Below, one piece after another: positions 63,518 to 64,000 of a stretch of 64,000 nt of DNA. Made by a program: the position numbers and the translations under genes. Below the pieces are notes generated by a model. The model was not told the origin of the DNA. It saw only the letters and a program-made list of their open reading frames with translations, and ran no database searches. Origin of the DNA: Candidatus Woesearchaeota archaeon (GTDB lineage: Archaea > Nanobdellota > Nanobdellia > Woesearchaeales > UBA10216); NCBI GenBank assembly GCA_002688315.1, contig NZCN01000012.1, positions 57,830-121,829 on the forward strand, read 5' to 3'. Numbering within the stretch: the stretch's first letter is position 1; each line of letters opens with the position of its first letter.

Positions 63518-64000
63518 ATGGAAAAAGAGGTTGCTGCAGTACTAGTAGTTTTCCTGACTTTGATACTTGTTTTTGTTCCTGATGCTTCCTCTCAATACGC
63601 AACTAAAGCGCAAGTTGAAGTAAACTGTTATGATACCGGAGAATTTCATATAAGAAACCTTGAGAGAAAAGGAGCTGTTTTTGCAATGGTTGGAAGATCA
63701 TGGAAGCCAATCTCAGGAGAGTGGAAAAAAACAAAAGAACTGAGAGAGTTTCACTCTGAAGAAGCTGTTTTTCTTAATCCAGGAGCTTCAAGGCAGCGAA
63801 TAATGGTTGGAAAAAGCAGGTATTCTGTTAACTGCCCTGGCTTTAAGTTCAGCTGCAAACTAATAAATGCAACAATAAATGCATGCTATAAGCGCGATGA
63901 CACATTTTATGGGAGATTTACTGCATATAGCCTGAGATATGATAGAAAGAATGAGTTCAGGTTTGAACAGCCTTTCTTATTAACATATAAAGTAAAAACT
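63518..64000 (+). CDS. secreted Cys-containing protein, 3'-truncated by the window end
   Basis: ATG 63518; signal/anchor VAAVLVVFLTLILVFVPDASS; the frame stays open for 161 codons to the window edge. Confidence 0.5.
   Translation, partial: MEKEVAAVLVVFLTLILVFVPDASSQYATKAQVEVNCYDTGEFHIRNLERKGAVFAMVGRSWKPISGEWKKTKELREFHSEEAVFLNPGASRQRIMVGKSRYSVNCPGFKFSCKLINATINACYKRDDTFYGRFTAYSLRYDRKNEFRFEQPFLLTYKVKT

Noticed and set aside
1-64000. Search for integrase, transposase, IS ends, CRISPR arrays, cas genes and rRNA
   Set aside because: None were recognised on either strand. The putative tRNA-His island therefore cannot be shown to be mobile from this window alone.

Overview
AT-rich archaeal chromosome segment. 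Gene content (ribosomal proteins S6e, S8e, S24e, S27ae and L37e; aIF2-gamma; Spt4; Rpo7; Rpo11; membrane LonB; LSm) and a very small, streamlined layout suggest a DPANN-type archaeon; that lineage call is inference only. All domain calls come from reading motifs by eye, with no database search.

Housekeeping genes:
- Synthetases and metabolism: argS, hisS, gdhA, map.
- The conserved PIN-Rpo7-Spt4-S24e-S27ae operon.
- The L37e-LSm pair.
- A dTTP-synthesis cluster: thyX-like, tmk, dcd and a P-loop kinase.

Accessory content:
- A tightly coupled 13.9-kb four-gene surface-protein operon on the minus strand (32050 down to 18126).
  - It encodes a 244-aa acidic secreted protein, a 1333-aa CARDB/Cys-rich protein, a 249-aa cytoplasmic ORF and a 2813-aa subtilase-adhesin.
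  - The non-repetitive C-terminal module of the 1333-aa protein carries a PD-(D/E)xK-like motif, and its stop codon overlaps the start of the 249-aa ORF. This is a polymorphic-toxin/immunity-like layout and my main candidate for an undescribed system.
- Two tRNA-His(GUG) genes 5.9 kb apart bracket an accessory island.
  - One carries a 30-nt intron at position 59/60 inside a textbook hBHBh' motif.
  - A tRNA 3'-end remnant lies inside the island.
- A HisG-like gene sits directly upstream of hisS, next to the second tRNA-His.
- A dispersed intergenic element with a palindromic core (GAAAATC-TTGCG-GATTTTC) lies upstream of three genes, always in the same orientation relative to the gene.
- Toxin-antitoxin modules: two VapBC pairs, one HepT/MntA pair and an orphan AbrB-like gene.
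- Several Cys-rich secreted proteins, plus an extracytoplasmic thioredoxin-like protein.

Five genes are split by single-base frameshifts located exactly at homopolymer runs (G3, G5, G5, T9, T6). This most likely reflects homopolymer assembly errors, although phase variation at the T9 tract cannot be excluded.

I saw no rRNA, CRISPR array, transposase or integrase.
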